DNA from: Burkholderiales bacterium
Lineage (GTDB): Bacteria; Pseudomonadota; Gammaproteobacteria; Burkholderiales; Usitatibacteraceae
NCBI GenBank assembly: GCA_038203035.1
Contig: JBBREI010000001.1
Span: 11,385 to 75,384, forward strand
Reading direction: 5' to 3'
Length of the DNA: 64,000 nucleotides
This document shows positions 1 to 12,400 of the stretch, piece by piece. The translations under genes were made by a program, and so were the position numbers. Position 1 is the stretch's first letter; each line of letters opens with the position of its first letter. The notes beneath the pieces are model-generated. The model was not told the DNA's origin. It made no database searches and was given only the letters and a program-made list of their open reading frames with translations.

Positions 1-176
1 CCCGGCATGACGACATCCATCAGGATAAGGTCCGGCAGCTCCGTCTTTGCGCGCTCGATCGCGGCTTCGCCGCTGTCGACTACGATCACCTCGTAGCCTC
101 GCTTCTTCAGCAGCCCTTCCATGAATGCGCGCTCGGTGGGCGAATCGTCCACCACCATGATTTTCTTGATGGTCAT
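1..176 (-). CDS. pilH: Twitching-motility response regulator PilH (partial, runs off the window edge)
   Basis: Manual translation from the ATG at 176: MTIKKIMVVDDSPTERAFMEGLLKKRGYEVIVVDSGEAAIERAKTELPDLILMDVVMPG, a CheY-like receiver directly downstream of pilG. Confidence 0.85.
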   Translation of the reverse strand, partial: MTIKKIMVVDDSPTERAFMEGLLKKRGYEVIVVDSGEAAIERAKTELPDLILMDVVMP

Positions 177-229
177 TTTTCAGGTCACTCCGTCTGCTTT
201 CTGTGTCGATTCGGCGATTGCCAGGTGCT

Positions 230-631
230 TCAGGCGGGACTGCCCTGGGACAGATGGGATTCCACTGCCCGCAGCAGGGTCTCCTTCGTGAAAGGCTTGG
301 TCAGGTATTCGTCGGAGCCCACCATGCGGCCGCGCGCGCGGTCGAAGAGGCTGTCCTTGGACGAAAGCATGATGACCGGCGTCGACTGGTGCTTGCTGCT
401 CTTCTTGATCAGCGCGCACGTCTGGTAGCCATCGAGTCGCGGCATCATGATGTCCACGAAGATAAGGTCGGGTTCGTGGTCGGCGATCTTGGCGAGGGCA
501 TCGAAGCCGTTGTCCGCCAGGATCACCTGGCAGCCCGCCTGCATGAGGAAGATCTCCGCGCTTCGCCGGATGGTATTGCTGTCGTCGATGACCATCACGC
601 GCACGCCGGCGAGATTCTTGGTGTCCGCCAC
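230..631 (-). CDS. pilG: Twitching-motility response regulator PilG
   Basis: Receiver domain with PilG-typical VMVIDDSNTIRRSAEIFL, DIMMPRLDGYQTCALIKK and YLTKPF; GTG start. Confidence 0.92.
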   Translation of the reverse strand: MADTKNLAGVRVMVIDDSNTIRRSAEIFLMQAGCQVILADNGFDALAKIADHEPDLIFVDIMMPRLDGYQTCALIKKSSKHQSTPVIMLSSKDSLFDRARGRMVGSDEYLTKPFTKETLLRAVESHLSQGSPA

Positions 632-846
632 TAGGCCCTCTGTATCCGCGGCGCTCGTACCGGTTGGAACCCGCCGCCAAAAGATGGCGGGAGCCCCCGG
701 GACTGCGATCGACTCCCTGAAAAGCCGTCGCCGCCGCCAGTTATTGGAAACTCAGATTATTCCTTTTATTCTGCTAAAACAACCGCTAACTGCACCATCC
801 TCATCCCATTTGGGAGGTATGGACAGGGCCGGCGAAGACGAGACCG

Positions 847-1041
847 TTAAAACTCCACCATCTCGAAATCGTCCTTGCGTGCGCCGCATTCCGGGCAGCA
901 CCAGCCTGCCGGAATATCTTCCCAGCGCGTGCCCGGAGGGATTCCATCCTCCGACCATCCTTCGGCCTCGTCGTAGATGTAACCGCAGGCGAGGCAGCGC
1001 CAGGTTTTATAGGGTTGTACAGCAGGCGCGCTCGAGGGCAT
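847..1041 (-). CDS. Rubredoxin
   Basis: [13 protein letters not shown]...[17 protein letters not shown], two CxxCG iron-binding motifs. Confidence 0.92.
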   Translation of the reverse strand: MPSSAPAVQPYKTWRCLACGYIYDEAEGWSEDGIPPGTRWEDIPAGWCCPECGARKDDFEMVEF

Positions 1042-1188
1042 AGGCGAAACCGGATGCGATTGTTAGAATCTTCGAAGAGCGCGCGCTTGCTAATGGATGT
1101 TAATGAGGCACGGTTCGCGCACGCAACCGAAGTCGGATTTCAAGTGTAACCCTCGCCCCGCCTCCCCCCCTCGCTTCGCCCCCCCGAA

Positions 1189-2022
1189 ATGAACGACAAC
1201 CCCCGATCCCTGCCAGCCGTCCTCACGTTTGCCGCAACCGATCCAACCAGTGGCGCGGGCCTGCAGGCGGACCTGCTGGCGCTGGCGAGCATGGGCTGCT
1301 ATCCGTTGTCGGTGGTCACCGCGCTCACGGTGCAGGACACCGCCGGCGTCGAGTCCTTTCTCGCCATCGATCCCGACTGGGTCGCCGACCAGGCGCGCTG
1401 CATCCTCGAGGACATGCCGGTGGCCGCGTTCAAGATGGGCATGCTGGGCTCCACGGAGATCGTGACGGTGGTGGCCGAGGTGGTCTCCGACTATCCCGAC
1501 GTGCCGCTGGTGCTCGATCCGGTATTTGCCTCCGGGCGCGGGGACGAATTCGCCGGCGACGACATGATCGCCGCCATCCGCGAGCTGCTGGTGCCGCAGA
1601 GCACCGTCGTCACCCCCAACATCGCCGAGCTGCGCCGACTGGCCGACGAGGACGAAAACGACGACGCCAACCTGGCCGAATGTGCGCAGCGCCTTCTCGA
1701 TACCGGCTGCGAATACGTGCTGGTGACCGGCACGCACCACAACACGCCCGACGTCGTGAATACCCTATATCACCGCGGCGGCATCCTGCGCGCCGATTCC
1801 TGGCAACGGCTGCCCGGCAGCTATCACGGCTCGGGCTGCACGCTCGCCTCGGCGCTGGCGGCAAACCTCGCCCGCGGCCTCGATATCGGTGACGCGGTGT
1901 ACGAGGCCCAGGACTACACCTGGCAGGCCCTCGCGCACGCCTTCCGGCCCGGCATGGGGCAGTTCCTTCCCGACCGCCTGTTCTGGGCGCGCGAGGCCGA
2001 CGGTGACGACGATGGCAAGTGA
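1189..2022 (+). CDS. thiD: Hydroxymethylpyrimidine/phosphomethylpyrimidine kinase
   Basis: DPTSGAGLQAD, VTALTVQDT, TPNIAEL, HGSGCTLASA ribokinase-family motifs. Confidence 0.9.
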   Translation: MNDNPRSLPAVLTFAATDPTSGAGLQADLLALASMGCYPLSVVTALTVQDTAGVESFLAIDPDWVADQARCILEDMPVAAFKMGMLGSTEIVTVVAEVVSDYPDVPLVLDPVFASGRGDEFAGDDMIAAIRELLVPQSTVVTPNIAELRRLADEDENDDANLAECAQRLLDTGCEYVLVTGTHHNTPDVVNTLYHRGGILRADSWQRLPGSYHGSGCTLASALAANLARGLDIGDAVYEAQDYTWQALAHAFRPGMGQFLPDRLFWAREADGDDDGK

Positions 2023-2689
2023 GGGCGCGCGCGCCTTGCGCGGCCTCTATGCCATCACCCCGGAGCTTTCCGATACCGCCGAGCTGGTGCGGCGCGTGGG
2101 CGCCGCAATCGACGGGGGCGCCGCGCTGGTCCAGTACCGTGCCAAACACGCGACGGCGGGCCTGCGCATCGTCCAGGCCGGGGCGCTGGCGGCACTCTGC
2201 CGCGCGCGCGGCGTGCCGCTGATCGTCAACGACTCCGTAGAGCTGGCCCTGGCGGTGGGGGCCGACGGCGTTCACGTCGGCCGCGACGATGGCGATGCGA
2301 CGGCCGCGCGGCGCGCAATGCCCCGCGGCATCATCGGCGTCTCCTGCTACGGCGAGCTCGCGCGCGTGCGCGATGCGGCCCTCGCGGGCGCCGACTACGT
2401 GGGGATCGGCAGCGTGTACCCGTCGTCGACCAAATCCGCGGCATCGGCGGCCCCGCTCGAACTCATTTCGAGCGCGCGCGCGGCGGGCAGCCTTCCCGTC
2501 GCCGCCATCGGCGGCATCACACCCTCGAATGCGGCGCCGGTTGTTGCCGCCGGCGCGGACATGCTGGCCGTGATCAGCGCGCTTTTTGGTGCCGATGACG
2601 TATCCTCGGCGGCGCGCGGCTTCGCGCGCCTGTTCGAAACCCCAACTTCCGGAATTCCCGATGTACGAACGCAGCCGCGACCTGTTTGA
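2012..2689 (+). CDS. thiE: Thiamine-phosphate synthase
   Basis: [49 protein letters not shown]; ATG 2012 overlaps the thiD end. Confidence 0.92.
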   Translation: MASEGARALRGLYAITPELSDTAELVRRVGAAIDGGAALVQYRAKHATAGLRIVQAGALAALCRARGVPLIVNDSVELALAVGADGVHVGRDDGDATAARRAMPRGIIGVSCYGELARVRDAALAGADYVGIGSVYPSSTKSAASAAPLELISSARAAGSLPVAAIGGITPSNAAPVVAAGADMLAVISALFGADDVSSAARGFARLFETPTSGIPDVRTQPRPV

Positions 2690-3950
2690 ACGTTCCCGCC
2701 AACTGATCCCCGGCGGGGTCAACTCGCCCGTGCGCGCCTTCGGTGGCGTGGGTGGCACACCGATTTTCTTCCGCGAGGGCCGCGGCGCGCACCTCACGGA
2801 CGAAGACGGCCGCCGGTACATCGACTATGTCGGCTCCTGGGGCCCACTGATCCTGGGCCATGCCGATGCCGACGTGCTGGCGGCGCTCACGCAGGCGGCG
2901 GCGCGTGGCCTTTCGTTCGGCGCACCCACCGCCCTCGAGCTCGAGATGGCCGAAGTCCTCACCACCGCCCTGCCGTCGATGGAGCAGGTGCGCCTCGTCA
3001 GCTCGGGCACCGAGGCCGTGATGAGCGCGTTGCGGCTGGCGCGCGGATTCACCAACCGCAGGGTGGTCGTGAAGTTCGAAGGCTGCTACCACGGCCACAG
3101 CGACTTCCTGCTGGTGAAGGCGGGTTCGGGCGCGCTCACCTTCGGCAATCCCACCTCGGCGGGTGTGCCGGCGGAATTCACCGCGCACACGCTGGTCCTG
3201 GACTACAACGATCCGCAGCAGGCGACCGATGCATTCGCGCGTTTTGGCGGCGACATCGCGGCGGTGGTGCTCGAGCCGATCGCCGGCAACATGAACTTCA
3301 TCCGGCCGACGCAGGAATTCGTCGACACCCTGCGCGCTCTTTGCACCACACACGGCGCGTTGCTGATGTTCGACGAGGTGATGACCGGATTCCGCGTCGG
3401 CCCACAGGGCGCCCAGGGAATCTTCGGCGTCACGCCGGACCTCACCACCCTGGGCAAGGTGATCGGCGGCGGCATGCCGGTAGGCGCCTTCGGTGGGCGG
3501 CGCGATGTCATGGCGAAGCTCGCCCCGCTCGGCCCGGTCTACCAGGCCGGCACGCTTTCGGGCAACCCGGTTGCGGTCAGCGCGGGTCTGGCCACCCTGC
3601 GAAAGGTCCTCGCGCCGGGATTCTTCGACCGCTTGTCGCAGGTCACGCGCGCCCTGTGCGACGGCCTGGCGCGCGAAGCAAAGGCCGCGGGCGTGGACGT
3701 CAGCACCGCAAGCGCGGGCGGGATGTTCGGCCTTTTCTTCCGCGAATCCGCGCCACGGACGTTCGCCGAGGTGATGCAGTGCGACAAGGCCGCCTTCAAT
3801 CGATTCTTCCACGCGATGCTCGAACGCGGCGTCTACCTCGCGCCTTCGGCGTACGAGGCGGGCTTCGTGTCTTCGGTCCACGGCAGCGCGGAGGTCGAGG
3901 CAACCCTCACCGCCGCGCGCGCGTCCTTCGCGCTGTCAAAGACGGCCTGA
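2661..3950 (+). CDS. hemL: Glutamate-1-semialdehyde 2,1-aminomutase
   Basis: [47 protein letters not shown] (PLP lysine); start taken at ATG 2661. Confidence 0.96.
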   Translation: MYERSRDLFERSRQLIPGGVNSPVRAFGGVGGTPIFFREGRGAHLTDEDGRRYIDYVGSWGPLILGHADADVLAALTQAAARGLSFGAPTALELEMAEVLTTALPSMEQVRLVSSGTEAVMSALRLARGFTNRRVVVKFEGCYHGHSDFLLVKAGSGALTFGNPTSAGVPAEFTAHTLVLDYNDPQQATDAFARFGGDIAAVVLEPIAGNMNFIRPTQEFVDTLRALCTTHGALLMFDEVMTGFRVGPQGAQGIFGVTPDLTTLGKVIGGGMPVGAFGGRRDVMAKLAPLGPVYQAGTLSGNPVAVSAGLATLRKVLAPGFFDRLSQVTRALCDGLAREAKAAGVDVSTASAGGMFGLFFRESAPRTFAEVMQCDKAAFNRFFHAMLERGVYLAPSAYEAGFVSSVHGSAEVEATLTAARASFALSKTA

Positions 3951-3959
3951 ACCGCGCGC

Positions 3960-5111
3960 ATGCTGCCGTCGGCTGAGCGCCTTGCGGGCAGCGGCCTCGC
4001 GATCGCGGCGCTGACGATCGTCGCGCTGGCCGGTCTCGCGATGATCGAGCTGGACCGCGAGGCCTCGCTGCATCGCGAGCTCATCGCGAGCCTGCAGGTC
4101 AAGGACAGCCTGGAGAGCTTGCGCGTCGAGGTGACCGATCTCGCCGAGTCGGCGCGCCTCGTCTCCCTCACGAATGCCCGCGCCGCGGCCCAGGCCATCG
4201 AGCGCCGCGTGGTGGAGATCGACGCCGAACTCGACTATCTATCCCAGAACCCGGCGCGCGTGAACCGCCCGGTCTTCGGCGAGCTCGCGCGCTCGGCGCG
4301 GTTGCTGGGCGTGCAGGCTCGATCGGTCGTCACCGCGCACGCCACGCGTGGGCCGGAAGCGGCGAAGGTCGCGGCGCTGGAGGCCCAGCAGGTCGCGGCC
4401 GATGTGGCTTCCGCCCTGCAGGGCATGCTCGCGGCGCAGCGCGCGGCCATCAACGACCGGATGCTGGCGCAACTGCGCGTGGCTGAAAACCTGCGCACGT
4501 ATGTTTCCTGGCTCCTTGCCGGGTCGTTGCTGGTGCTGGTCGGGCTGTTCGGCTTCTACCGATGGGCGAAGGCGCGCGAGCGGGCGGCGACCCGCCGCAT
4601 CGAGCACCTGGCCCACTACGACATGCTGACCGGGCTGCCCAATCGCGCGCTGCTGAACGACCTGCTCGAGCGCGAGGTGACGCGCGCCCTGCGCGCCGAG
4701 CGGGGTTTCGCGCTGCTGCTGTTCGACCTCGACGGGTTCAAACATGTAAACGACACGTGGGGCCACGCGGCCGGCGACAGGTTGCTGGCGCTGGTGGCCG
4801 AGCGTGCCCGCGGCTGCATGCGTGCCTCGGATACCGTGGGGCGCTGGGGCGGCGACGAGTTCCTGGCGATCCTGCCGGAGACGACAAGCGAAGGGGCGCT
4901 GCTGGTGGCCGAGAAACTTCGCGAGGCGATGTTGGCGCCGTTCCCGCTGGGCAAACACGTCGCGACGCTGGGGGCGAGTGTTGGCGTGAGTCACTTCGGG
5001 GAACACGGCAACGATGCGCAGTCGCTGCAACGCAGCGCCGACGCAGCCCTCTACGAAGCCAAGCGCCTCGGCAAGAACCGCGTGTTCAAGGCGCGTGCGC
5101 CAGCGGCCTAG
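3960..5111 (+). CDS. Membrane-bound diguanylate cyclase (2 TM, periplasmic helical sensor, GGDEF)
   Basis: Two hydrophobic segments flank about 150 aa; then HYDMLTGLPNR, DLDGFKHVNDTWGHAAGD, I-site RASD and intact GGDEF. Confidence 0.9.
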   Translation: MLPSAERLAGSGLAIAALTIVALAGLAMIELDREASLHRELIASLQVKDSLESLRVEVTDLAESARLVSLTNARAAAQAIERRVVEIDAELDYLSQNPARVNRPVFGELARSARLLGVQARSVVTAHATRGPEAAKVAALEAQQVAADVASALQGMLAAQRAAINDRMLAQLRVAENLRTYVSWLLAGSLLVLVGLFGFYRWAKARERAATRRIEHLAHYDMLTGLPNRALLNDLLEREVTRALRAERGFALLLFDLDGFKHVNDTWGHAAGDRLLALVAERARGCMRASDTVGRWGGDEFLAILPETTSEGALLVAEKLREAMLAPFPLGKHVATLGASVGVSHFGEHGNDAQSLQRSADAALYEAKRLGKNRVFKARAPAA

Positions 5112-5725
5112 CGCAACCCGGCCGCGTATTCCGATACCGCCTTCATGTCGCCGTCGCCGAGTTTGGCGGCGATCAGGCCCATGACCGCGTGGGGCCGTGC
5201 ACCCGACGAGTAGGCCTTGAGCCAGCCCAGGGTCAGGTCCGCGTATTGGCCGGCCAGGCGGGGGTACTGCGCGGGGATTCCGTGCCCGCCGGCGCCGTGG
5301 CAACCCGCACACGCCGGGACACCATTGGCCTTGATGCCCGAGCGCCAGATCGTCTGGCCGCGGGTGACGGCGGCCTTGTCGCGCGCCAGTTGTCCGGCCG
5401 GCTTCTGCTGCTCGAAATAGGCACCCACGTTGCGCATGTCCTCGGGCGTGAGCGCCGCGGCCATGCCCTGCATGATCGGGCTGGGACGCGCGCCGGACTT
5501 GAACGCGGCCAGCTGCAGCGCGATGTAATCGCCGTGTTGCCCGGCCAGCATGGGGTTGGCGGGAATGGTGCTGTTGCCATCGGCTCCGTGGCAGGCGGCG
5601 CACACGGTGCCCGCGATCTGCTTGCCTCGCGCCACATCAGGGGAGGCGGCAGCCGGCGCCGCAGCGGGGGCGATGGTTGCGTAGACTAGCGCCATGAGCC
5701 CGGCAAAACCCGTGAGGACGCGCAT
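5108..5725 (-). CDS. Diheme cytochrome c4
   Basis: Signal peptide, two heme motifs CAACH and CAGCH, YPRLAGQ; SD-like GAGG upstream of the ATG at 5725. Confidence 0.92.
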   Translation of the reverse strand: MRVLTGFAGLMALVYATIAPAAAPAAASPDVARGKQIAGTVCAACHGADGNSTIPANPMLAGQHGDYIALQLAAFKSGARPSPIMQGMAAALTPEDMRNVGAYFEQQKPAGQLARDKAAVTRGQTIWRSGIKANGVPACAGCHGAGGHGIPAQYPRLAGQYADLTLGWLKAYSSGARPHAVMGLIAAKLGDGDMKAVSEYAAGLR

Positions 5726-6420
5726 TCAGAAACCTCGCGAAGACAAGAAGAAAGATGAAAAGGGGAAATCGAAGCCCGGGAATTTTACCGTAGCCGGGAG
5801 CCCAGCGCCCACCGGCAGGTCGTCGGAATCGCGCTTTCCCCTCGCGAAAGCCGCCTATTCGATGTCGGTGCACGATCCCAACCTGCTCCCGCCCCCCGGT
5901 GCGCCCGAAATCGCATTCGCGGGACGCTCGAATGCGGGCAAGTCCAGCGCGATCAATACCCTTGCGGGCCAGCGGCGCCTCGCGTTCGTGAGCAAGACGC
6001 CTGGAAGGACCCAGCTCATCAATTTCTTCACGCTTGGCAAAAACGCCTTCCTGGTCGACCTGCCGGGGTACGGCTATGCCGGGGTGCCGGGTGAGGTGCG
6101 GCGCCATTGGCAGACGCTGGTGGGTACCTACATATCGGAGCGCGCCTCGCTGGCCGCGGTGGTTGTGGTCATGGATTCCCGCCACCCGATGAAGGAGCTC
6201 GACCTCACGCTGCTGCAATGGCTGAAGACCGCGGGGCGGCACGCACACGTGCTGCTCACCAAGTCGGACAAGTTGTCCAAGCAGGCCGCCCAGCGCACGC
6301 TGGCCGCGGTTCGCAGGGAGCTCGCCGGCGTATATCCGGGCGCGAGCGTGCAGCTTTTCTCCAGCCTCAAGAGTGAGGGGATCGAGGAAGCCGCGAGGGT
6401 GTTATCACGCCTGGCGAGCA

Positions 6421-6443
<23 letters not shown>
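5694..6443 (+). CDS. engB: Ribosome-biogenesis GTPase EngB/YihA/YsxC (start uncertain: 5694, 5712 or 5862)
   Basis: [14 protein letters not shown] (G1), [19 protein letters not shown] (G3), LLTKSDKL (G4). Confidence 0.93.
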
Positions 6444-8193
<1,750 letters not shown>

Positions 8194-8200
8194 CGCTCGC

Positions 8201-10522
8201 CTAGAAGATCTGGTTCCTGACTTCCTCCGGCGGACGGGCTGCGTCACGCGCGAAGGACCCTTCGTCACCCACCGGGGGCTGCGACTCCTGGTAGAAAAAC
8301 TCCGTGGTCTTGCTGGCGCCGCCTGGCTCGCGCAATCCGGTGGCCGGATTGATGTTGACCGCAACAATGCCCGACGGTGGGGCGAATTCGGTTTCCGGGA
8401 CACCCTTCAGGACCTTCGCGGCGTAATACATCCAGATCGGCAATGCCGCCGCGCCGCCGGTCTCGTTTGTGCCCAGGTTCGTGGGTGTATCGAAGCCGAT
8501 CCACGCCACCGCGGCCAGGCGGCCCATGTAGCCGGTGAACCAGGCATCGATGTGGTCATTGGTGGTCCCGGTCTTGCCCGCCAGGTCCTGGCGTCCGAGT
8601 GACATGGCCTTGGCCGCAGTCCCGTAGCGAACCACATCGCGCATCATTGTCGTCATGAGGAAGGCGTTGCGTTCATCGAGCACACGCTCGGCGTCGACCC
8701 CCGCGGTTTCGGGTTTCGCGGCGTACAGGGTCTGCCCGCGATTGTCCTCGACACGCGATATGAACCAGGGCTTGACCCGGTAGCCCCCGTTGGCGAAGAC
8801 CGCGTAGGCCGATGCCATCTGCAGCGGCGTGGCCGAGCCGGCGCCCAGCGCCATCGTGAGGTAGGCCGGGTGCATCTTGGGATCGAAGCCGAAGCGCTGG
8901 ATGTAGTCCTGGGCATAGTGCGGTCCGATCGCCTGCAGCAGGCGGATGGAAACCATGTTCTTGGACTTGGCCAGCGCCGTGCGCAGCCGCATGGGGCCTT
9001 CGTATTTGGCGTCGTAGTTCTTCGGCTCCCAGAGCTGGCCGCCCGTTTTCGCCGCCTCGATGACAAACGGCGCGTCGTTCAGCACCGTGGCCGGGGTGAA
9101 TCCCTTTTCCAGAGCGGCGGAATAAATGAAGGGCTTGAAGCTCGAGCCGGGCTGGCGCCACGCCTGGGTCGCATGGTTGAACTTGTTGGCGCTGAAATCG
9201 AACCCGCCGGAAAGGCTGAGGATCGCGCCATTCGCGGGGTCGATCGCGACCAGCGCGGCCTCGACTCTGGGAAGCTGCGCGATGCTCCAGCCGCCCTTTT
9301 CCCCAGGCAGCAGGCGAATGATCGACCCGCGCCGGATCGCGCGGTCCGGGTTGCGCTCCACCAGGGCGCGGGCGACGAACTTCAGGCCATCGCCCGTCAC
9401 CGAAACTTCCTCACCGCGCCGCAGAGCCGCCTTGACCTCCCTGGCGCTCGACTCGAGGACCACGGCAGGCACCAAGTCGCCCAGGACCTCGCGATCCTGG
9501 AGAGCCTCGTCCACCGCCTCGTCGACCTCGCCGGCCCCCGACGGCAGGTTCACCTGTCCCTCGGGCCCGCGGTAACCATGGCGGCGGTCGTATTCGAAAA
9601 TGCCCTGGCGCAACCCGCTGTTGGACGCTTCCTGGTCCTTGCGCCGAACGGTGGTGTAGACCCTCAGGCCGCTCACGTACGCCGGGTCGCCGTATTGCTC
9701 GACAATCGCCGCGCGCGCCATTTCGGCCACGTAATCGGCGCGGAATGCGAAGGTTTCGCTCCGGTTGGGGTTGAGCCGCAACGGTTCGGCGACCGCCTTC
9801 TTATATAGGTCGGGCGCCAGCCAGCCGACCTCCTGCATGCGGCGCAACACGTATTGCTGGCGCTCCTGCGCGCGCTTGGCGTTCACGAACGGGTTCTGGC
9901 GGGAGGGCGCCTGCGGCAAGCCCGCAAGCATCGCCGCTTCTGCGGGCGTCAGGTCGGCCAGGTTCTTGCCGAAGTACACGTTTGCAGCGGATTGGAACCC
10001 ATATGCGCGCTGGCCCAGGAAGATCTGGTTGATATAAAGCTCGAGGATCTGGTCCTTGCTCAGATTCGCCTCGATCTTGAATGCGAGCAGGACTTCCGAA
10101 AGCTTGCGGGCGAGGGTCTTTTCGCGCGTCAGGAAAAACGTCCGGGCGACCTGCATCGTGATGGTGCTGGCGCCCTCGCGACGACCCTGCAGGTTGGCCA
10201 CCGCCGCGCGGGCGACACCGGCGTAGTCCACCCCGCCGTGCTGGTAGAAGCGATCATCCTCCGCCGCGAGGATGGCGGCCTTCATCACCTGGGGCACGTC
10301 CTGGATCTTGACGACGGCGCGCTTCTCTTCGCCGAATTCGCCGATCAGCTCACCCTCGGCACTGTAGATCCGCAGCGGAATCTTGGGCCGGTAGTCAGTA
10401 AGGACTTCCAGGCTCGGCAGATTCGGCCACAACAGGACCACAGTCAGCGCAGCCACCCCTGCGGCCACGAGGACCAGAGAGACGGCTATGAGGCCGGGAT
10501 AGAACCACCATCGGGAGGTCAT
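8201..10522 (-). CDS. mrcA: Penicillin-binding protein 1A
   Basis: N-terminal TM; transglycosylase EDDRFYQH and GASTITMQVAR; transpeptidase QPGSSFKPF, SKN and KTGTTN. Confidence 0.96.
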   Translation of the reverse strand: MTSRWWFYPGLIAVSLVLVAAGVAALTVVLLWPNLPSLEVLTDYRPKIPLRIYSAEGELIGEFGEEKRAVVKIQDVPQVMKAAILAAEDDRFYQHGGVDYAGVARAAVANLQGRREGASTITMQVARTFFLTREKTLARKLSEVLLAFKIEANLSKDQILELYINQIFLGQRAYGFQSAANVYFGKNLADLTPAEAAMLAGLPQAPSRQNPFVNAKRAQERQQYVLRRMQEVGWLAPDLYKKAVAEPLRLNPNRSETFAFRADYVAEMARAAIVEQYGDPAYVSGLRVYTTVRRKDQEASNSGLRQGIFEYDRRHGYRGPEGQVNLPSGAGEVDEAVDEALQDREVLGDLVPAVVLESSAREVKAALRRGEEVSVTGDGLKFVARALVERNPDRAIRRGSIIRLLPGEKGGWSIAQLPRVEAALVAIDPANGAILSLSGGFDFSANKFNHATQAWRQPGSSFKPFIYSAALEKGFTPATVLNDAPFVIEAAKTGGQLWEPKNYDAKYEGPMRLRTALAKSKNMVSIRLLQAIGPHYAQDYIQRFGFDPKMHPAYLTMALGAGSATPLQMASAYAVFANGGYRVKPWFISRVEDNRGQTLYAAKPETAGVDAERVLDERNAFLMTTMMRDVVRYGTAAKAMSLGRQDLAGKTGTTNDHIDAWFTGYMGRLAAVAWIGFDTPTNLGTNETGGAAALPIWMYYAAKVLKGVPETEFAPPSGIVAVNINPATGLREPGGASKTTEFFYQESQPPVGDEGSFARDAARPPEEVRNQIF

Positions 10523-10703
10523 CGGAAAGATTGGGCGACCATGTTCGGCTCGTGAGGCCGCGCCGCCATGCGCAGGTTCAATTTACCGCCGTCATTATAG
10601 TCGGATGGTCACTGTAGGGCCTTGCCTACAAAATGCTTTACAGGCCTAGGACTTGTTGCTAGCATCTAAAGTAGATTCTCCGTTTGGGTGCTAAACCTCC
10701 ACC

Positions 10704-11801
10704 ATGCTTAAAGAAAAATTAGCCGCCCAGTTCGACTTCCTGAAAGCGAAAGCGCCGCCCCTGGTGGGTTGCGACATCAGCTCGTCTTCGGTCAAGCTGG
10801 TGGAAATCGCGGAAGCGGGCCGTAACGTTTACCGCGTCGAGCGGTACGCGATCGAGCCGCTTCCCAAGGACACCGTGGTCGACGGGAACATCGCCAACAT
10901 CGAAGCGGCCGGGGAAGCGCTGAAGCGCGCCCACAAGGCCCTCGGTTCCCGCATCCGGAACATCGCCCTCGCCCTGCCGGCCGCCGCGGTCATCACCAAG
11001 AAGGTGATCCTGCCCGGCAACCAGCGTGAAGAGGACATGGAAGTCCAGGTCCAGGGCGAGGCCAACCAATACATTCCTTTCTCCCTGGACGAGGTCAACC
11101 TCGACTTCCAGGTGCTCGGCCCCGCCCCGTCCGGCGAAGATGAGGTCGAGGTGCTGATCGCCGCATCCCGCAAGGAAAAGATCGAGGACCGCGTCGCCGC
11201 CGCGGAAGCCGCCGGACTGAAGACCGTGGTGATGGACGTGGAGTCCTACGCCTCCCAGACGGCCTTCGAGCTCATCTGCGGGGGCAGCTCCGGAATCTCC
11301 GAAGGCGACGTCACCGTGATCGTCGACATCGGCGCCACCGTCACCCGCGTGACCGTGGTCCACAACGGACAGACCGTATATACGCGTGAGCAGCAGATCG
11401 GCGGCAACCTGCTGACCCAGGACATCGCGCGCCAGTTCGACATGCCCCCCGAAGAGGCCGAAGCGGCCAAGCGCGTCGGCAACCTGCCGGAAAACTTCGG
11501 CCCTGACGTCCTGCAGCCCTTCAACGAGAAGATCGTGCTGGAAATCCAGCGCGCCCTGCAGTTCTTCTTCACCTCCACCCAGTTCAACAAGGTGGACCAC
11601 ATCCTCCTGACCGGGGGCTGCGCGATGCTCGACGGCCTCGAGGAAATGGTGGCCCAGCGCACCCAGGTGCACACCGTGGTCGCGAACCCGTTCGCGAACA
11701 TGGCCTTGTCCTCCAAGATCAAGCCGCGCCAGTTGACCATCGACGCACCTTCGCTGATGGTCGCCTGCGGTCTGGCGATGCGGAGGTTCGACCCGTCATG
11801 A
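10704..11801 (+). CDS. pilM: Type IV pilus assembly protein PilM
   Basis: Actin-like fold: GCDISSSSVKLVE, VQGEANQYIPF, VDIGATVT, LTGGCA. Confidence 0.95.
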   Translation: MLKEKLAAQFDFLKAKAPPLVGCDISSSSVKLVEIAEAGRNVYRVERYAIEPLPKDTVVDGNIANIEAAGEALKRAHKALGSRIRNIALALPAAAVITKKVILPGNQREEDMEVQVQGEANQYIPFSLDEVNLDFQVLGPAPSGEDEVEVLIAASRKEKIEDRVAAAEAAGLKTVVMDVESYASQTAFELICGGSSGISEGDVTVIVDIGATVTRVTVVHNGQTVYTREQQIGGNLLTQDIARQFDMPPEEAEAAKRVGNLPENFGPDVLQPFNEKIVLEIQRALQFFFTSTQFNKVDHILLTGGCAMLDGLEEMVAQRTQVHTVVANPFANMALSSKIKPRQLTIDAPSLMVACGLAMRRFDPS

Positions 11802-12400
11802 TCCGCGTCAACCTACTTCCTCACCGCGAGGAAGCTCGCAAGCGCCGCCAGCAGCAATTCGGCGTCCTGGCGGGCATCTCGCTGGTGATCGCGCTGCTCG
11901 TCGCGGGCGCGGTATGGCTTTTCCTCGACCAGCAGGTCACCCAGCAGCAGGCGAACGTCGCCTACATGAAGGGCGAAATCGCCAAGCTGGACACCCAGAT
12001 CGAGGAGATCCGCAAGATCCGCGAGGAAACCGCCTCGCTGCTGGCGAAGAAACAGGTCGTCGAAGGCCTCCAGAGCAACCGCTCGGAGCCGGTCCAGCTC
12101 CTCGACCAGCTGCTGCGCCAGCTGCCCGAAGGCGTCTACCTGAAGGGGATTCGCCAGCAGGGTCCGAAGGTCAACGTCACCGGCTATGCCCAGTCGAACG
12201 CGCGGGTCTCCACGCTCATGCGCAACCTCGGGGCTTCGCCTTATCTTGAAAACCCGGAGCTGGTCGAGATCAAGGCCGTACCCTCCCCCGACAAGTCGGG
12301 CAACCGGGTCAACGAGTTCAACATGAACATCTCGATCAAGCGGGCCGCGCCCGAAGACACGAGCGCCAAGGCGGCGCCCAAGGCAGCGGGGGTCAAATGA
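11798..12400 (+). CDS. pilN: Type IV pilus assembly protein PilN
   Basis: N-terminal INLLPHRE motif, TM, GYAQSNARVSTLMRNL. Confidence 0.95.
   Translation: MIRVNLLPHREEARKRRQQQFGVLAGISLVIALLVAGAVWLFLDQQVTQQQANVAYMKGEIAKLDTQIEEIRKIREETASLLAKKQVVEGLQSNRSEPVQLLDQLLRQLPEGVYLKGIRQQGPKVNVTGYAQSNARVSTLMRNLGASPYLENPELVEIKAVPSPDKSGNRVNEFNMNISIKRAAPEDTSAKAAPKAAGVK

Noticed and set aside
632-846. Possible c-di-GMP riboswitch or sRNA upstream of pilG (hairpin at 670-691)
   Set aside because: Only one short stem, and no recognisable riboswitch consensus
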